From Mycoplasmatota bacterium (GTDB taxonomy: Bacteria; Bacillota_I; Bacilli_A; MAG-NZ): DNA of 64,000 bases. The stretch lies in contig CP074575.1 of the NCBI GenBank assembly GCA_018394315.1, forward strand, positions 1,830,615 to 1,894,614, in the 5' to 3' direction. The first letter of the stretch is position 1, and every line of letters begins with the position of its first letter. Positions 59,921 to 64,000 of the stretch are shown piece after piece. Under the pieces are notes generated by a model, which did no database searches, was not told where the DNA came from, and saw only the letters and a list, made by a program, of their open reading frames with translations. Made by a program: the position numbers and the translations under genes.

Positions 59921-60827
59921 TTTTATTCCCCTTTTCGTAAACTAATCTAGCAAGGTATAGTGAACCTAATTTTTCTGTCTCACCATCACTTCTTGAAACT
60001 ACAACCATAGGAACTCTCGCTCCCATAATTAAGCCATATCCAATAAAGTCAGCTAAGTATGTCATTGTCTTAGCCATAATATTTCCTGCTTCAATATCTG
60101 GAGCTAATAGGATCGTAGCTTTACCTGCTAACTCATCTTTAACACCCTTGATTTGAGCACTTTCCAAACTAATAGCATTATCAAACTGTAAAGGACCAGA
60201 AATTCTACAACCTTTTAACTCGCCTGACAAATTCAATTTTCTTAAAAGATCAGCATCTATTGTTGCGGGCATTTTATTATACACTTTTTCTTTAGCAGTA
60301 AGAGGCGCTACTATCGGATTTTCAATACCACATGCTTCAGCCAATATAACTGCTGTTTTGACTATCTCTGCTTTTTGTGATATGTCTGGAGCTATATTCA
60401 TTCCACCATCTGTAACTATATATACTAAGTCGTCACTCTCACGATGCATAAGCATAATATGAGAGAGTAATCCACCAGTTCTTAACCCATAATCCTTATT
60501 TAACATTGCTTTCAAAAATACTGATGTATCAATTAGCCCTTTCATTGGAAATTGAGCTTTGTTTTCTTTGATTAACTTTCCAACATTATTAGCTGATTCT
60601 TCCATTGAACTGGAATGAATAACAGTAAAATCTGTTAAATCAATATTATTTTGACTTGCAACATCTTGAATGATCGATTCATCTCCGCATAAATAAGCCC
60701 CATCGATTATATCTAAATCAATCGCTTTTACTATTGTTGACAATGATTCAACGTCATGTGGACAAGCAACAGCTACAATAACCTTTTGAAAATTCTTTGA
60801 AGTCTTGAATTTTTCTAATAATTTCAT
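59913..60827 (-). CDS. ptb: phosphate butyryltransferase
   Basis: MKGLIDT, LSH, TDGGMNIAPD, GPLQFDNAIS, PDIEAGN, SRSD; coupled to buk. Confidence 0.92.
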   Translation of the reverse strand: MKLLEKFKTSKNFQKVIVAVACPHDVESLSTIVKAIDLDIIDGAYLCGDESIIQDVASQNNIDLTDFTVIHSSSMEESANNVGKLIKENKAQFPMKGLIDTSVFLKAMLNKDYGLRTGGLLSHIMLMHRESDDLVYIVTDGGMNIAPDISQKAEIVKTAVILAEACGIENPIVAPLTAKEKVYNKMPATIDADLLRKLNLSGELKGCRISGPLQFDNAISLESAQIKGVKDELAGKATILLAPDIEAGNIMAKTMTYLADFIGYGLIMGARVPMVVVSRSDGETEKLGSLYLARLVYEKGNKNA

Positions 60828-60906
60828 ACTAATCTCCTTAATTTTAATTCTTTACATCATATTGTAACACATTAATATCAATAAAGACTATTAATATTAC
60901 TTATTA

Positions 60907-61944
60907 TTATTTAAATGGATTAATATCAAAATCGCTATCAATTCTAGATAAGAATTCACTTATTAATTCAATTATTTCTTCTACATCTTTTAAACTTCCT
61001 ACTTCACCTGGGGAATGCATATATCTAAGTGGAATGCTTACTAATGCTAACGGAACTCCAGCTACAGATTGATGAATCTTATCTCCATCAGTCCCAGTCC
61101 TTCCAGGTGCAACTTCCCATTGAATATTTATTCCTAATTCTCCTGCAATCGCTTCTAACTTAGCGTTGATTTTATTATTTATAATAGAACTTTTTGCTAA
61201 TACGGGACCATTATCCAATTTTACTTTCCCAGATTTAGAAGGATTAGTTCCCGGGTAATCCGTGGAGAATGTTACGTCTACAATAAGTGCAAAATCGGGT
61301 CTTATTTTTTCCACTGCCCAGAAAGCTCCACGCATTGTTGATTCTTCTCCAACTGTAGTAGCTGAATATACGCCTACACTAGTATTCTTCTCTTTTGCTT
61401 TTTTTAATGACTCAACAACGATAAACGCACCTAATCTATTGTCTAGACCTCTACCTGCTATTCGATTATTTGCTAGTTCATCAACATCATCAGAATATAC
61501 AACATAATCACCAACTCTAACATATTCTAAGACTTCATCTCTTTTACTGAATCCAAGATCAATAAATAAATCTTTTTCTTTAGCGTCCGTATTTATTCCC
61601 TTATCATTTGTACAAACACCAAACACACCTTTCAAAGATTTCTTATATCCCAAGACATTTACTCTTCTTCCTTGAGCTAATTCATGTTTTACACCACCAG
61701 CCTTCACAACCTTGAGTAAACCATCATCTGTCACGTGAGATACCATAAATGCTATTTCGTCAATATGACCAGCAAGTAGAACCTTAAAATTGCTTTCGGT
61801 ATTTAAACAACTAATAACATTCCCAGTGTAGTCAGTTTGAATATCGAACTCACTCATATAATCAATAACTTTCTTTTGTAGTGCATATTCATCACCAGTA
61901 GGTGATGATGTTTTTAACATTTCATATAAAAAATCTTTATTCAT
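60907..61944 (-). CDS. M42 family aminopeptidase
   Basis: AGHIDEI, LDNRLG, TVGEE, GTDGD, SIPLRYMHSP. Confidence 0.9.
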   Translation of the reverse strand: MNKDFLYEMLKTSSPTGDEYALQKKVIDYMSEFDIQTDYTGNVISCLNTESNFKVLLAGHIDEIAFMVSHVTDDGLLKVVKAGGVKHELAQGRRVNVLGYKKSLKGVFGVCTNDKGINTDAKEKDLFIDLGFSKRDEVLEYVRVGDYVVYSDDVDELANNRIAGRGLDNRLGAFIVVESLKKAKEKNTSVGVYSATTVGEESTMRGAFWAVEKIRPDFALIVDVTFSTDYPGTNPSKSGKVKLDNGPVLAKSSIINNKINAKLEAIAGELGINIQWEVAPGRTGTDGDKIHQSVAGVPLALVSIPLRYMHSPGEVGSLKDVEEIIELISEFLSRIDSDFDINPFK

Positions 61945-62132
61945 GTTATTCTCCTTCAATAAGACTTTACTCTATTATTATACATATAAAGACATCTTAT
62001 ATAAATATAAATTTTTCTATAAATTTAGCTTATGTAATTTTTCTATCAAAATAACATATTTTCTCTATATAAACATTTTATATAACACAGTACAAACAAC
62101 ATTTCCTATAGCTATGAATAAAATCTTGTAAT

Positions 62133-62159
62133 AAAAAAACATCAACCTGATGTTTTTTT
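62133..62159. terminator. terminator
   Basis: AAAAAAACATCA-ACC-TGATGTTTTTTT. Confidence 0.85.
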
Positions 62160-62181
62160 ATCTTCACCTATTATTTATTAT

Positions 62182-62955
62182 TTATCTAGTAACTTCTTGA
62201 TTTGTAAATATCTTAATAGAACCATAGACTAAACCAATTATCATTACTAGTGTAACTGCTAAACTTATTAATATATCCTTAACATCAGCTACATTCAATA
62301 TAATTTGCGAGAATAACTTTGTTAATGATACAGGAAAATACTTAAATGGTCCTACAGTAATTACAGATAAGAGTGCTAAAACAAAGTAAACTCCAAAACT
62401 TGATAATAGTGCTGCCAAGTAAGATTTATGGATAGTAGCAAAGAATAAACAAATAGAAATTACAAATACAAAATATAATAATTGAGGTATATTACTTAGT
62501 AGAAAACTACCAAATGCTATTTCATCAAATAATACATATGTATATAATGAGAATCCTAAGATCCCAATAATTTGTGATATCGTAATTAAAATTATTAGAG
62601 TGATAAATTTACTAATTATATAGTCTCTTCTAGATATAGGCTTACTAAGTATTAAAGGTAACATTCCCTTTGTTTTTTCGCTAATGAATATGCTTATCGC
62701 AAAAAACAATATCACGAAAAGTATAGTTTCATTCATATCTGAGAAGTACTGTCTATATGCATCCATTACAGTTGGCTCAGGAATCGTAATTTGAATACCT
62801 TCGGGTGTCATTAGCGAATTTAACAACTCCGGTAAATATTTAGCCATTATCGGACTAAGTAATGAAAATATACCAACTACGACAGAAATAATGATGAATT
62901 TCTTCGTTTTTAATAGATAGTTTAAATCGTATTTAATTAGTGTTATCATGGTCAA
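62182..62955 (-). CDS. ABC-2 type permease (YxlG-like)
   Basis: six TM segments; EKTKGML.LILSKPISR..YIISK. Confidence 0.85.
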   Translation of the reverse strand: MTMITLIKYDLNYLLKTKKFIIISVVVGIFSLLSPIMAKYLPELLNSLMTPEGIQITIPEPTVMDAYRQYFSDMNETILFVILFFAISIFISEKTKGMLPLILSKPISRRDYIISKFITLIILITISQIIGILGFSLYTYVLFDEIAFGSFLLSNIPQLLYFVFVISICLFFATIHKSYLAALLSSFGVYFVLALLSVITVGPFKYFPVSLTKLFSQIILNVADVKDILISLAVTLVMIIGLVYGSIKIFTNQEVTR

Positions 62956-63856
62956 CCACCTTTACAAATATATCTTCTAAATTCATGTTAAGCTTCATTA
63001 GCTGTTTCAAGTGAATATTATTATCTAACATCAAAGGTAGAAACTTTGATTGATAATCATTCTCATCACTATATTCAAATATCAACCCATCTTTATCCTT
63101 ATTAAGGTATTTTACCCAAGATGAATTATCAAGTAGTTCATAAAACACCTCATTATTGCTTGTATCAATTAAATAACGATTTAGATAGTAACTCTTCTTA
63201 ATATTTTCTACTGAATCCTGGATAATAACATTTCCCTCATCTATTAAACAAATTAAATCACATACACGTTCAACATCATTAAGTATATGTGTCGAGTAAA
63301 AAATTGTTTTCTTTCCTCTTAATTTATCAATTATATCAATTACTTTTTTTCTACCAATAGGGTCTAGTGCACTAGTTGGCTCATCCATAATTAATATCTC
63401 TGGATCATTAATTAAACTAGCAGCAATTGCTAACCTTTGTTTCATCCCTCGCGAGTACCCCTTAACTAGTTTTTTAGAGTTTTCTAGTTCAACAAATTTT
63501 AAAGTATCGCTTACTCTTTCTTTTAGCAATGTTCCTTTTATTCCAAATAATTCTCCAACATATGTTAAATATTCTCTAGCGTTCATATAATTCGGAAAAA
63601 CAGGTACATCCGAAACAAATCCAATTTTAGATTTGTATGTTGAATCCTCAAATTCTATAGGTTCATCATTGATAAACACTTTACCACTTGTAGGTTTTAA
63701 TAGAGATAAAATCATATTAATTGTCGTTGTTTTTCCAGCTCCATTTTTACCGATGAATCCATAAACTTGACCGTGTTCTACAGTGATATTTAGGTTGTCA
63801 ACTGCTAGAAAATTTCCGTATTTTTTTGTTAGATTCTCTGTTCTTATAACTGCCAT
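62933..63856 (-). CDS. ABC ATPase (YxlF-like)
   Basis: GKNGAGKTT, YSRGMKQR, MDEPTSALD. Confidence 0.9.
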   Translation of the reverse strand: MAVIRTENLTKKYGNFLAVDNLNITVEHGQVYGFIGKNGAGKTTTINMILSLLKPTSGKVFINDEPIEFEDSTYKSKIGFVSDVPVFPNYMNAREYLTYVGELFGIKGTLLKERVSDTLKFVELENSKKLVKGYSRGMKQRLAIAASLINDPEILIMDEPTSALDPIGRKKVIDIIDKLRGKKTIFYSTHILNDVERVCDLICLIDEGNVIIQDSVENIKKSYYLNRYLIDTSNNEVFYELLDNSSWVKYLNKDKDGLIFEYSDENDYQSKFLPLMLDNNIHLKQLMKLNMNLEDIFVKVVDHDNTN

Positions 63857-64000
63857 TATTCTTCACGTCCTATTAATAAGTAAAGTAACCAACCAAAAGG
63901 ATTTAAAAGTGCAATCAATAATATCCAAATGATTTTTTTGCCGCCTTTAACAGTACGTTCTTCTTTTAAAACATCTATTATGCAATAAATAACCATTACG
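63856..64000 (-). CDS. 3' part of a small PLDc_N-domain membrane protein (YxlE-like), truncated by the window edge
   Basis: ...YCIIDVLKEERTVKGGKKIIWILLIALLNPFGWLLYLLIGREE*; TAATG overlap with the ATPase start. Confidence 0.75.
   Translation of the reverse strand, partial: VMVIYCIIDVLKEERTVKGGKKIIWILLIALLNPFGWLLYLLIGREE

Noticed and set aside
2959..61507. Many short ORFs antisense to or nested in long genes (e.g. 5718-6026, 6273-6665, 19017-19322, 49145-49471, 50147-50497)
   Set aside because: They overlap well-supported genes and have no recognisable motifs.
61943..62131. 62-aa plus-strand ORF
   Set aside because: Low-complexity AT-rich intergenic sequence with no SD.

Overview
AT-rich chromosomal window using genetic code 11 (TGA = stop), with most genes on the minus strand. 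It probably comes from an anaerobic, peptide-fermenting low-GC Bacillota or basal Mycoplasmatota-type bacterium (inference). Core content: a NuoE/NuoF/FdhA formate dehydrogenase operon with a MobA-FdhD fusion, a folate-dependent hut operon, oppABCDF, several ABC exporters with MarR/MerR/TetR/PadR regulators, pfk, ptb-buk, cls, rlmD and acr3-arsC. I saw no rRNA, tRNA, CRISPR array, integrase or transposase. Main items missed by the ORF track: (1) a ~4.5 kb recombinase-less element integrated in the rlmD 3' end. It is bounded by TCCACATG repeats, leaves a displaced native rlmD tail (HVECVLKISNLV*) at 51430-51468, and has an extra inverted att-like half-site. (2) Two frameshifted pseudogenes inside that element (an HD-GYP protein and a serine hydrolase). 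(3) A full-length RluF-type pseudouridine synthase that appears to start at ATT. (4) A leader ORF plus terminator upstream of a heterodimeric ABC exporter. (5) A kinase-less six-PASTA protein coupled to a MacB-like ABC fusion. (6) cre-like boxes shared by the fdh, hut and opp promoters. All calls were made by eye, without database searches.
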